A stretch of DNA of 64,000 nt, taken from NCBI GenBank assembly GCA_002633005.1, contig NMRA01000037.1, forward strand, positions 372,001 through 436,000, given 5' to 3'. Each line of letters opens with the position of its first letter. Position 1 is the stretch's first letter. The translations under genes were made by a program, and so were the position numbers. The notes below the pieces were generated by a model that was given only the letters and a program-made list of their open reading frames with translations, searched no databases and was not told the DNA's origin. This document shows positions 26,667-38,074 of the stretch, one piece after another. The DNA is from Phoronis australis (taxonomy: Eukaryota > Animalia > Phoronida).

Positions 26667-28998
26667 GCCGGATACGCGGGTTTGGCGTGTGAAATATTTG
26701 GCAGGCACCGAAGTCCCAGCATTTAGAGCAGTAGCAGTGCAAAGCTGGGATGATTGGCTTGAAGGCACTGTTCGGACATTCCGATTGGTTGGAAGTTGAG
26801 ATTGCTTTTGAGATCTGCGGCTGCTGCATTCGCTGATGCACTGCATGGAAGTTCGTTTACTGTGACTCACTCAAGTAACAATGCATCAACTAAAACGACA
26901 ACTAGAAAGCGATTCAATACTTTCCGGCTCAATCCCGAGCTTTTGTAGATCTAAAGCATTACTATAGCTTGCCCTTGTGGCCTTGTGAAAGGACGGTGAT
27001 CGACACGCCGAAATCAGTGTGTGGCCGTATCAGAGCGCACGCCTTGATTTAGACACTTTGTCGTAAACGTGTACACGGGAATGAGCCGGAGAACTATGCA
27101 GTGAATCGTTTTGTTGTTCTGATTGACGCCTCGTTATCTTGAGTGCGTCATACACACGCACACACTAGTTGGTGTGGCATGCATCTATTTAGTCTGCTCT
27201 TGTAGTTCTGCAGCTGCCGTACTCCACGAAGGCAATTCTTTAAGTAGACTAACCCTAAGCAGGGATCGAAATCCACACAGTGAAAGTGTAAAATTAAGTC
27301 ATGTGATGTGTACGGAACCTCGTGAAAGAACAACAGTTGATTGTAGAATCGGCGAAAAAAAGAAACTGGCCAATAAGTGACGCAAAATTGCATGGGGCCG
27401 AAAGCCGACACAGAAGATCGCTCCACAACTTTAGCAGCAGAATAACGGTAGAACGCCAATTTTTCTAAAACCAGAAAATAATTTTACTTACTCAAAAAAG
27501 TGTGTAGTTGTTAATGACACTAATTTTGTGTCATGTTTTATCTGGGCATTTTTTACCCACATCGGCGCAAAGCAGTATATTTAGTATACAGCTTTGTACC
27601 GAAGCTAAGTGGTATTTTGACGATAGTCTTCATATTGGTAACTGGCTGGCTAGGTACCACTGCGTGTTGAGCTCCGTTAGACTCCGAAATTTCACGCAGC
27701 CCGGGTAGTTCTGCTCGCCACCTTGTCGTGTAACTTATATCAACATGTAAAGCTAACGACTGGGGGGGAGGGGGCGGGGTGGCGGGGTGCATGCAAAATC
27801 TGGGAGTCAACCGACACTCACCTTACCTGTTACAACTGAACGGTTGTCGAAGAAAATAGCTTTTGATTTAAATCACCACGATACAATCTGTCTCATTTTA
27901 TTCTTCACACACAGATGAGAAAAGATTTTCTCACGTGACCTGGAATACGTTACGACACGACTGCTTAATAACGCCGACTATACATGCATTTTTGATATTA
28001 CATGAGCGAATGACAAAGTAGTGCAAAGTAGAAATCCATACGCCATACATTTTATCGCCTGCAAAACACCAATACCAACAACCAAACAATACCGGAATTC
28101 GTGAAGGTGACAAAGTTATGATTGATAAATTGGGTGTCGCAACTGCACGTGCTCCCAGTCGGAAGGACATGCAAACAGCTTCTTAAAGGGACCCATCTTC
28201 AACGGCGAACTCTATATCCACGTTCATGCAAAAACGGAAACGAACCTCAACGCAAGAAACTACGCGGCGGACTGTCTAGCTGTGCAGTTTCAAGGCCAGT
28301 TCAATGCTCACACGCGAGGAAGCCCTGGTGATTGTGTTATTTATAAGGATTTGTGAAGTTTTAATATTACAACTTAAAAGAGTATTTATTGCATTCTAAC
28401 TTGAACATTTGTTACAAAACCTAAATGCAATTTACAATTGTTAAGTTTAAAATAAGACTATTACCAAAAAGTATCTGACTACTTTACATTGCACAATCGT
28501 GTCTTTACAAAAGTTGCGCCATGCGGTTGGAAGTTTAAGACAGGTCGAGTTTTTCGGCAAAAAATCGTTTTTACGGTTCATGTGAGAAAACAAATCCTGC
28601 ACTCGTCTCAGATTGATGACATGGGCAAAAAACTGTTACAAGTTCCATCAAAAGCCTCGAGATTTTGACGAAATTTCCAAGAGGTTTCGCCCATGTCATA
28701 AACGAGTGTAGGATTATCTATTTTCGATGTGACAGGTGGTTATTCCGTTATCAAGACCGAGCACGATGCTGGGCGAATAAAAGGACAGGCCAACTTGTAG
28801 CGCCTGGTCTCAAACAGTAATAAATCATCCGCTCTTTTGAAGCCCTGGTCTATCACGTCCGATTTGACTGAGGAGCAACTTGGGACCAATTTCATAACGG
28901 TAGAAAGACTTAACCAAATGTTGAACATTTTTGTGTCGGAAGTCGCTGTATAACCCAGCCGGTTTAATAGATGACGCATTATACATGTGCATTTCAGG

Positions 28999-29229
28999 CA
29001 TGCGCACACCCAGGGGTGAGGGCTCGAACGAGCCCCCCATTTGGCGAAGTGGGCAAAAAAGTCCGCCACAGAGAAAACGAAACAAAAGTCCGCAGAAATT
29101 CGGCGCGAAGGCACAATTCATAGGTCTGAACATAGTACCCCGTTTTTTTAGTTCCCATATTTTTTTCAGTAAAAGGTCCATATACTGAAAAATTTGAGCC
29201 CCCCATATTTTAGGCTGGGTGCGCGCATG
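28999..29229 (+). mobile_element. MITE family A copy (TIR catgcgcgcacccag)
   Basis: catgcgcacacccagg...ctgggtgcgcgcatg; 6 recognisable copies in the window. Confidence 0.85.
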
Positions 29230-31013
29230 TTCCTCAACACCAACCAACGGGAATGTGAGAATAGTCATCCAATAGTAATGTCTGAATGTTATTCCGTTCA
29301 TCAACAAGCCATACACGATGTTTCCAACGCCGTGCTACCCCTAGTAGGACAGCGACTGCGTGACACCCATTCCAAAACTTGTAACCCATCGCGGATCCAT
29401 TACACAGAAATGTTTTTTACTTTTATGAATTCTACTCACCACAGACATACGATTGATTGTAAGCCTACTACCTCACCACACCTTCCCTCATGAGTGACAT
29501 TACGCTCATTGCAAAAGAGATAAATTTAAGTTAGTTGATCGATGGCCACGCTCCAGTTCACGAAGTAGTGCATTACGTCTTTCCTTTTCCCACATTCACC
29601 CCCCGCTTAAAAATAGAATCAAATGAACCCTTCCCAACCTAGAAGTCTGCCGGAAATCCTAGCTGAATCTACAAATACTTAAGATGACGTCTGAAAGTCG
29701 ATTAAAAGGACTTTAAAAACAAAATGTGTGAATTTTTGTGGTGCTTAAAAATGTAGACAGGAAGGGTAGCTGATTGTTTTTCGAGCTATAAGGTTACACA
29801 GACGGGAAGCGGTAACTGCTGTCTGGCGTAGGCCTGGTAGCTAAGCTCATACTAACACTATGTAGTTATCAGAACACCACAGTTCACCTTACAGAGTGAG
29901 ATTCAGCTAAAAAATGCAAATTTTTCAAAAATTTCCACTTCAATCATGCCACACTGAACAGGTTTGCAATCACACGGTAAACTTTGAGTATTGGCTGAGT
30001 TTAGCATTTTGGGACGTGGGCCACATCAGTAGCATTGTCTTGCTAGAGTTGAAAAAAATGAAACGAGGAGAAATTTGATCGATACGCGGAACGCCCAACG
30101 CAAACAATCATCTAGTCACAATCGCTTTATTTTAACGTCGTGCTCGAGTGATCTAAAATATTTGGCAATGATTGACTAGACCTAACCCGGCAAAAACGAC
30201 AGGATGTGCCTACAACAAATCCAATTTCGGGCGATTCCGCAGTGTTGTTCTGAACTTGGCCTGGGAATTGTGGTGATCGCCAGTATTTATGCATGGTGCT
30301 TAAGGATGTTGAGTTTTGCGGACAACTTGCATGAGATACAAGGTTTGAAAACTAATGTTGCACCGTAAATACACAACAAATACACAATCTATTCCTTTAC
30401 CACGTGGTCCTTTTTACCGATACTTGAATACACTTTAACGGCGTGTTGTTGGGAATCCGGTTAAATGGAATTCAGTTATTCAGAAATACAACGAAAAACC
30501 CTCTTTCGTAAAGGTTGTCCTCGGTTGTAGAGGACACGCTAATTCCAATAAAATTTCTTTGAATAAAAAACACTTTGGGGGTAAAGTTTTTAGCATATCA
30601 AACCAAAATAACATAGAAAACTGTTAAAGTGGAATTCTTAATTCATGAAGTGAACCTTATGAAGGAACAGGAAAAGCATCCTCTCGCCATAAAATAGAAA
30701 ACACCCATATGAGCGGCACTTCCCAAAATATAGGTCCGTACTACGTGAGCGCTTCTGGTTTTTATATCCGTGGTTCACCAAATGAGGTGCACGCCTACGG
30801 CTCAATTAAAACGTTTAGAGGGGAATAAGATCTTATTTAAACCACTTCACAGAACTGGTAACGAAACACCCTGGCGTGGCGTGCGTTTAGTTGAGACGAA
30901 GATGCAAGAACACACAAGACTTCGGCAGACATCACACGCCTATTTCAAGGAAAGTACGTGATCACACTAGCGTCCTTAGGGAGATTCTTTGCATTAAAGA
31001 AACTCCACACTAC

Positions 31014-31323
31014 AATACCTTTTACACCGTAACACTCTTCAACGAGTCCTATATGCGTGTTACAGTGCGCTCCAGGATCAAGTCAATGTTAACTCTTGTT
31101 GCTAAGATTTTTTGCTTATATTCAGCTTCGAGACTAGCGGCAATCTGAATTTCGCGCCGAATTTACAAAATGGCAGCCTCAGATGAAAGTACCGCTATCC
31201 CAGAACTTTTAGGTCTCGCGACTTCACACTTGTTCTCGTTGCTCAAAGAAAATGCCGTCTCATTGTGGTCACTGTAACACGCATGTAGGATTCGTGAAGA
31301 GCGTTACGGTGTATAACGTATTT
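31014..31323. mobile_element. Foldback/MITE with about 55-bp arms
   Basis: tacaccgtaacactcttcaacgagtcctatatgcgtgttacagtg is inverted as cactgtaacacgcatgtaggattcgtgaagagcgttacggtgta. Confidence 0.75.
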
Positions 31324-32143
31324 TAGTAATATATCACACTGAGATGGAAGCATATAACGGCTTGCATTTAATAGACTCTTGAATGGTGTTGCAGGTTTAG
31401 GAACGGGTGCGTGGAATTTTATTCTAGTATATCTCCCTTCGTTTGCGCTCTTCACCACTGTAAGTAAAATGATGTAAGACTTGCTGGGCAAAACTTCTCG
31501 GGTAGATATCATGTACGCGACACAAATCATATTGTTTGTAAAGTGACAAAAATATTTTTAAATTGTGGAAAGTGATATTTTGCCACAACACTACTTTCGC
31601 GTCGCTCGTCCAACTTATGCATAAAATACATTTAATGAAATATTTTAGCCACCTACCGACCGAATCATGTCAGAGGGCTGGGGGCAAAGTGAAGGAAACA
31701 GCAATTTTAGGACAGCCTATCTAGTTGCAGGATCTTTGGTCCCAATCAATGTGGTATAAGTAAATTCTAATATGACAACTTACATGCATTTATCCGCAGG
31801 TCCACCGTAAAATCCCATATATCAAGTCGATGCACTTATAGGCAAAACAATGCACTTCCGGTGAAAATTAAAATTGCAACCTTTCCGAGTATAAACCCGT
31901 CATGGGGTATGTTGACCGAATTCCAGTTGGGCATGAAAAGGTAACCAATTTTCTTTGGTGCCACAGTGCTCTATGGGCATCCTCATGCTTGGAAATGACC
32001 ACCTGGCAGGTTCACTTTGGTGGGTGTGGTCAGGGGATCCAAGAGAATGGTACTCAAAAATTGAGCTTGATCATCTTTTCTGGTAACCACTTCAAACTAC
32101 ATTCGATACCTCCTACGTAATCCACTATATCAAAATTGGTCAT

Positions 32144-32800
32144 TGCCAGACAATTTCAGTGGTGGGGAGTATCAGCCAGACGGTTAAGGTGAAAAAAAAG
32201 ATCTAGATCAATCCAAGAGGTAACCGCATGAAACCGTGAGCCCACATATCACTGTCAGACAAATCTAGTGGTGGGTTAGCCCCGCCAGACACGCCCACAT
32301 ACCCGAGTTGAGCTAGATCAACCCACCAGGTAACCGTTTGAAACCAATTGCACGATGTCCAGCATCACTGTACATGGCACAACAGTAAGATGCCAGACAA
32401 TTTCAATGGTGGGGTGCCCTTGCCAGACGATTATCAAAAAGGGTTAAAAATTGACCTAGATGAACCCAAGATGTAACTGATTGAAACCAGTTGCAAAATA
32501 TTCACCGTAAGTCCAGGTATCACGAATAAACCCTGCCACACAAATTTAGTGGTGGGTTGGCCCCGCCAGACACGCCCAAATACCTGAGTTGAGATAGATC
32601 AACCCACTAGGTAACCGTTTGAAACCAACTGCACGACAAGTGTAGTGGTGGCCGGATTAGCCCCACCACAAACGATCAAATATCTGAGTTGGGCCAGCTT
32701 TATCCGCCAAGCAACCGTTTGAAACCATCTGCATAATGTCGAGCAACATTCTGCATGCAACAAAAAGGTACTTTACAGACATTTTCAGCGGTGGTGCAGT
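32144..32800 (+). repeat. Diverged tandem array of about 100-145-bp units with alternating A/B variants
   Basis: Unit core gccagacaa.t..agtggtggg...gccagac...tagatcaa.cca...gtaaccg.ttgaaacc recurs at about 32144, 32254, 32391, 32535, 32635 and 32775; a B+A pair recurs at 36691-36870. Confidence 0.85.
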
Positions 32801-33699
32801 AGCATGAAGAGGGTTTGGTCGATGCTGGGGCGTCTTTTTATTGGACGCCCCTATCTCTCTACTCAAATGCATATATCCTATTAGAGCCCGTAGCCAGCAC
32901 TGAGAGGGGGGTGGTTCGAATTTCAAGAACGGTGGACCTTTAGTATTTTGCAAACGCAGACATTGTAGAACTTTCGGTATGACCTTTGACGCAGCTCAAT
33001 TAGGGGGAAGGAAATCTGTATGCACAACGATGACTCTCAGCTCTATGTTCAATAGATGAGAAGGAATTTGTAATAGCAGAAACGAGGATGCTGTGACGGT
33101 TGCTCGCAAAGAACGGGACACAAATTCGGATGCAATGTGGGCCAGAAAGAGAACGTTCTCGTGTTATCTCGACCAACCAAAGTTTCAAATCAGCCATGCT
33201 TTTAAAGTTTAGTAGGCGAATGGCTTGACAAAATTGTTTATCTGTTTGTATTTTAGCGTGTTACTTAATGGGTCTACTAGTTAGTCCGTTTTTCGTTTTG
33301 AGAACCACAGAACGCACATGTCCATCGTTACCGCGATTGAGTTTTTTCACTTTTCCCATAATCCACAAGACACGTGGGGTATTTGTCGTCGCTGATAAGA
33401 ACGATGTCACCACAACTTATGTTCATGGATTGGCAACTAGATTTGAGGTTGTGATACGCGCGCAGAGATACACTGACTGAGAGTGAAAAGTTGCTAAACA
33501 ATTTCGCTCCAACTACTGGCGGATCTTGGACGTCGTAAGGGGAGGACAATCTTTTTCGAAAGAAAACTGTCTGTTGGCATGGCAACTAGTAACAGCCTTC
33601 CAGTAGCGATTTTTGGTCGTGTCCCGGAAGGGAAGGAATGCCGATTTCCCTGGGTCTTCTGTGGTGAGGTTGTTGTATGATTCATTGAAACTGCTATAA

Positions 33700-33833
33700 C
33701 ATGGGCTGCGCAGCACTGAAAAAAGTGGGGGCTATAGCCCCCCCCCCTGTGTTACATCGCCCATAGACCATGGGCAGCCCAGCATCGAAAAAAGTGGGGC
33801 TATAGCCCCCGCCCCCTATGGTACGCCGCCCAT
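33700..33833 (+). repeat. Two tandem copies of an approximately 66-bp mini-element
   Basis: catgggc.gc.cagca..gaaaaaagtgggg(g)ctatagccccc...cgcccat occurs twice, head to tail. Confidence 0.75.
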
Positions 33834-34257
33834 TTATAAACATGCCTTCCGTGACGGAGAACAAATTTTAATTTAGCTCACTTACCGTTATATAGTGAAA
33901 GTGACCTTAAATTGTTCTTAAGTCAAAATAGCTGCTATTTCGGTGCTTGATAATAACAAACAGTTAGTGTTTGAGGTTAAGCTATAAATGCTGGCTTGTC
34001 ATTGCTAACCTGGTCTCGAGCACTGGCGAACTGTCAGTTTGCGAGACCAAAATCACATCTCACCTGAGCAAGGACGCGGAAAACGCGAGTTTTTTGCCGC
34101 TATTCATAATAAAACGGAATGAAATTCCTAATTGCTGTGGTTATTTCTCTATGACGTCAATTCTCAAACCATAGATAAAACAACGCATTCACTTCCATGT
34201 AAAGTATGAGAATAACGGACTGGGTAAGTCCTACTATTGGATAAACGGAGTGGTCAG

Positions 34258-34479
34258 GACCTCGTTCCAAGAAAACTGACTTAGTTAAGGCAAATCTTAA
34301 ATTCCAGTCAATTTTAAGATGAACTTAATTTAGTCTCAAGAAAGAGATCTTTTGAGACCAAACATAAGTCAAGCTTAAAAGTTTGACTTTAAAATTTTGT
34401 CTTATCTTACCGGATGCGAAAATTTCAAAGTTTGGAAGTTGAGACAAATGAACTTAAGTCAGTTTCTTGGAACGGGCTC
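34258..34479. mobile_element. MITE, PIF/Harbinger-like
   Basis: TIR ga.c.cgttccaagaaa(a)ctgactta at both ends; CAG at 34255-34257 and 34480-34482 (3-bp TSD). Confidence 0.8.
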
Positions 34480-34660
34480 CAGGTTTTGAAACTAACTTTT
34501 TACGAAGTCGGCCATGGCAATTCATGTCAATACATGATCGCAAATACATATTGGTCTCCAATATTAGGTCAACTTTACGTGGATTGACAATTTATTTCCG
34601 CGAGTGCTCATCGCGACAACAAGTCTGCATTTTGTTGCCGTGACGGGTTTTGTAACCTGC

Positions 34661-34832
34661 AATTGACCTATCGCAAGCTCCGCCGCCTTGCGTAATGTCG
34701 TCTAACAAAGTTTTACTCGGCAACGTGTTGTTTGTTTGGTAAAATGGTGGCTTGGAAATGAAGGTGTGTCAATAAGGCTACGTTTTAAATGGTCAGTAAG
34801 CCGTCACTCAAAACCCTGGCGATAGGTCAATT
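34661..34832 (+). mobile_element. MITE family D, copy 2
   Basis: aattgacctatcgc...gcgataggtcaatt; colinear with 26489-26666. Confidence 0.8.
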
Positions 34833-35003
34833 TCGTTGGTACCCGCGACAGAAGTAGACTCCACCGCGGGTACTAGAGTTCAGAAACAGACTTATAATAA
34901 TTTGATAAAGTGACTCGTCTGAGACCATCATTAGACATAGAATTATAGCTAAAAGACTGTCGTGCATCAATGAATTATAATACGACGATTATTGTATCAA
35001 ATG

Positions 35004-35255
35004 CATGCGTGCACCCAGGCGCGCTCGGGAGGCTCGAACGAGCCCTCATTTGGCGAAGTGGGCAAAAATGGTCCGCCGCAGAGAAACGAAAAAGTCCGAA
35101 AAAGTAGAAAACGAGACAAAAGTCCACTAATTAGAAGGCAGGAACTACCAAAATTCGTTGAATATACAATTCATAGCTCTGAATGTACCCCAATTAGTAA
35201 AAGGTCCACATTCTCAACAATTCGAGCCCCCATTTTTATGCTGGGTGCGCGCACG
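35004..35255 (+). mobile_element. MITE family A copy
   Basis: catgcgtgcacccagg...ctgggtgcgcgcacg. Confidence 0.85.
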
Positions 35256-35415
35256 ATGTGAACATTGCAATAAATTTATGTTGATGGTGTGACTACGTCA
35301 GATACGCCATTTAACCACGGAAATGCATCAGCCAGCGTATACCAAACAACAAACCGAGTTCTGTTGGTATATGTATTAACCGTGTAATAAAAGCGTGAAA
35401 GTATCGAGACATTCA

Positions 35416-35783
35416 GCCGAGGAAATAAAATACAGAAAAATTGAGTCAAATACTGTAATTGGCTTACTTGAGTTAGCGACGTGGCGTCCGTCACTCACGG
35501 ACTTCACGGTTTGGCTGGTGGTGTTATTATCGTACTGGCCAATAGATAGCGCTTTAACCAGACTTCGATGCCGCGTCGGCCAGAACGATAACGCCAAGCT
35601 GAAGCCAGTGACTCGCTGGTTCCCCGCGTGCTTAGCCCAGCCAGCTGGCGCGGCTACCGCCCCACCTAGCGGCACGCAGGGAACCAGCGAGAAGCCAGTG
35701 AGAGACGTACGCAACGTCGCTTACTCGAGTAAGCAAATTCCAGTATTTGACTCATTTTTTCTCTATTCTGTTACTTCATCTGA
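35416..35783. mobile_element. Foldback element with about 100-bp imperfect arms
   Basis: agaaaaattgagtcaaatactg.aatt.gcttact.gagt.agcgacgt.gcgt..gtc.ctcac is inverted at 35695-35762. Confidence 0.8.
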
Positions 35784-36135
35784 GAATTCCAACCTCACTT
35801 CTTTGGTCGCCGTTAATTTTTTCACCGCGCACCATTACCACAAAGTATTTCAACTGACGTCACGTGAGTTAGGCAAGGACATGTGCGAGACCTGGCGCCT
35901 GATATTTGCAAAAAATATCATGGGAAAATATCGATTGGAATTTGTAAGACTTGTGTCCCTTAGACTTGTTGTTCGTCAACAAGCGGGATTTCGCATAACT
36001 TCCGCAAAATGACAGCCAATGAGGAATGCTCTGGTGGAACCGCGACAGATATTCATGGATATGTTCAATTTATGTTGACTAAATTGCCTCCAGGGTCATC
36101 ATGGTATGTGTTCTTCATAACTCCATGTATATAAA

Positions 36136-36393
36136 CATGCGCGCACGCATGGGGGGGGGGGGCTCGGGGGGCTCAAACGACCCCCCATTTGGCGAAGTGG
36201 GCAAAAAACTCCGCCACAGAGAAACAAAAAGTCCCAGAAAACGAGACAAAGTCCACCAAAATGGTCCAGACGCACAGCTCACAGTTCTGAAGGTGGTACC
36301 CCGTTTTGTTTAGCCCTGTCGTCTTTTTTTCAGCAAAAGGTCCACATCGTCAGAAATTCGAGACCCCCATATTAAAGACTGGGTGCGCGCATG
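36136..36393 (+). mobile_element. MITE family A copy
   Basis: catgcgcgcac...ctgggtgcgcgcatg. Confidence 0.85.
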
Positions 36394-37291
36394 ACAAGCG
36401 CATGTTTCTTTCGATTTTATTTGCTGTCTTTTGAGATGATAACTTTTTGTGGAGGAGTATTATCGCCCATGTATGTCTGCGGCGTAATATAACGGTGTAA
36501 TTTCCTACGTCAAAGTCATCTAGTCGAGAATATGTATAGAACTAGAAAGGATAGCTGAAGAAAATGAGGTCTTTTTAAGAGACAATTTTAAGTGTAAAGT
36601 GTAATTTAACGACTAGGTGAAAACCAATTATTCGGTAACAGTATTTCCGCTACCGCCCGTTTACAATACACGGGTATCAAGAATAAATACTGCCAGACAA
36701 ATCTAGTGGTGTGCTATCCCCGCCAGACACGCCCAAGTACATGAGTTGAGCTAGATCAACCCACCATGTAACCGTTTGAAACCAATTGCCCGATGGTCAG
36801 CATCACTGCACGTGGCACAATAGTAAGATGCCAAACAATTTCATCGGTGGGGTGCTCCCATCAGACAAATAAAGAATTGAAAAAAAAAATTGATTATAAG
36901 CCCATTCACGTTGAATAAGCATCACATTGAGGAACCATACACTTCGATTTCCAATAAAGCCAGTGAGTCCGTACGACATAGGTTACCACACAAGGTGAGA
37001 GATTTTTGTCCGCAAGTTTACGTCAGGGCATGAAAACCAGAAACATAGCGCCTGAGGATGGAGCAACCTCACAAGTCTCTGCGAGAACAGCGGAATACTC
37101 CATATGATTCACTACTAAAAAAAAACCTAAAACCTGTCCGAGACGGATAGCACACTGTGTTTGCACGAATTTCGATATTTTGTTTAATTCCTATTTTACC
37201 AGTCTGCCTGTAGTGCGTCCCTCTGTTTTCGGCAGTCATTTGATGCAACTGCTAAAACGAGGAAATTACATCATTTTTGGCAAAAGTACGA

Positions 37292-37463
37292 TTAGAAAAC
37301 GGACAATCGCCACACGAATAAAAAAGTTCATGTTAACTCAACTTTTCGTCTATTGATAAAACACCATCAGGATATGTACAGCAGGACAACATGTCTTATG
37401 AATAGACGAAACGTTGAGTTAACATGAACTTTTTTATTTGTGCGGCGATTGTCCGTTTTCTAA
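37292..37463. repeat. Hairpin/MITE with about 65-bp arms
   Basis: ttagaaaacggacaatcgcc.cac.aataaaaaagttcatgttaactcaac.tttcgtctatt is inverted at 37401-37463. Confidence 0.85.
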
Positions 37464-37557
37464 AACGAGGAATAATCAAAATGCCGTCCTTTTTGCTGTC
37501 GTCTGCGTTATGTATACGCGCCAACTACCTTCATTTCACACAGTGATTAGTGACAAA

Positions 37558-37861
37558 TTTGGCAAAAATGATCACTTTTGGGACATCTACAACTTTCTCA
37601 TAAACCGAGCCCACATAGAACTCCAGAGATGCGCCAAGACCAATGACGTCAGTTGCTATATTAACATTTTTCCGACAATGCTAGATGTATTCTTTGCCAT
37701 GAACCGCCCTAACTACGCCAGATGGGGAACACTGTTTTACCGAAAGTTGAATTTCGCAGACCCAATCACGTGAAGTGCTGGAAAACGGTGCGTTCTCAGT
37801 GCGACGCACGAGGAAGAACTTCAGTAGATCGGTTGTTGACCTCTCTTTGGAACAGTCCGTA
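37558..37861 (+). pseudogene. Academ-like DNA transposase fragment (frameshifted)
   Basis: FWDIY...MLDVFFAMNRPNYARWGTLF..KL then, after a frameshift, REVLENGAFSVRRTRKNFSRSVVDLSLEQSV. The FFA..R.NYAR and G.FSVRRT...FS...D...EQ motifs are ones I associate with Academ transposases. Confidence 0.7.
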
Positions 37862-38074
37862 TTTTTATGTTTGATATGGTGTTCTGCAAAAAGGCTGAAA
37901 AACACCTCGGCGGCACCTGACATTGGGTTCGTATGGTCGTGTTAGATTGCGGGGAAAATATCAAAGCTGTAACGTAGATGAAATATTCTGTTCATGTTGC
38001 GAACTTGTTATTCGCAATTCGTGGGAATCAACGAGTCCTGATAGTTGTTCAGTTTAGATAGATTGACAATCATT

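Noticed and set aside
28740-29493. Cluster of overlapping ORFs (also 52655-53179 and 57236-57640)
   Set aside because: They overlap dispersed non-autonomous repeats, and similar peptides recur at other repeat copies.
35395-36012. Longest ORF (205 aa)
   Set aside because: Runs through a foldback element; GTG start, no recognisable domain and no splice-consistent partner exon.
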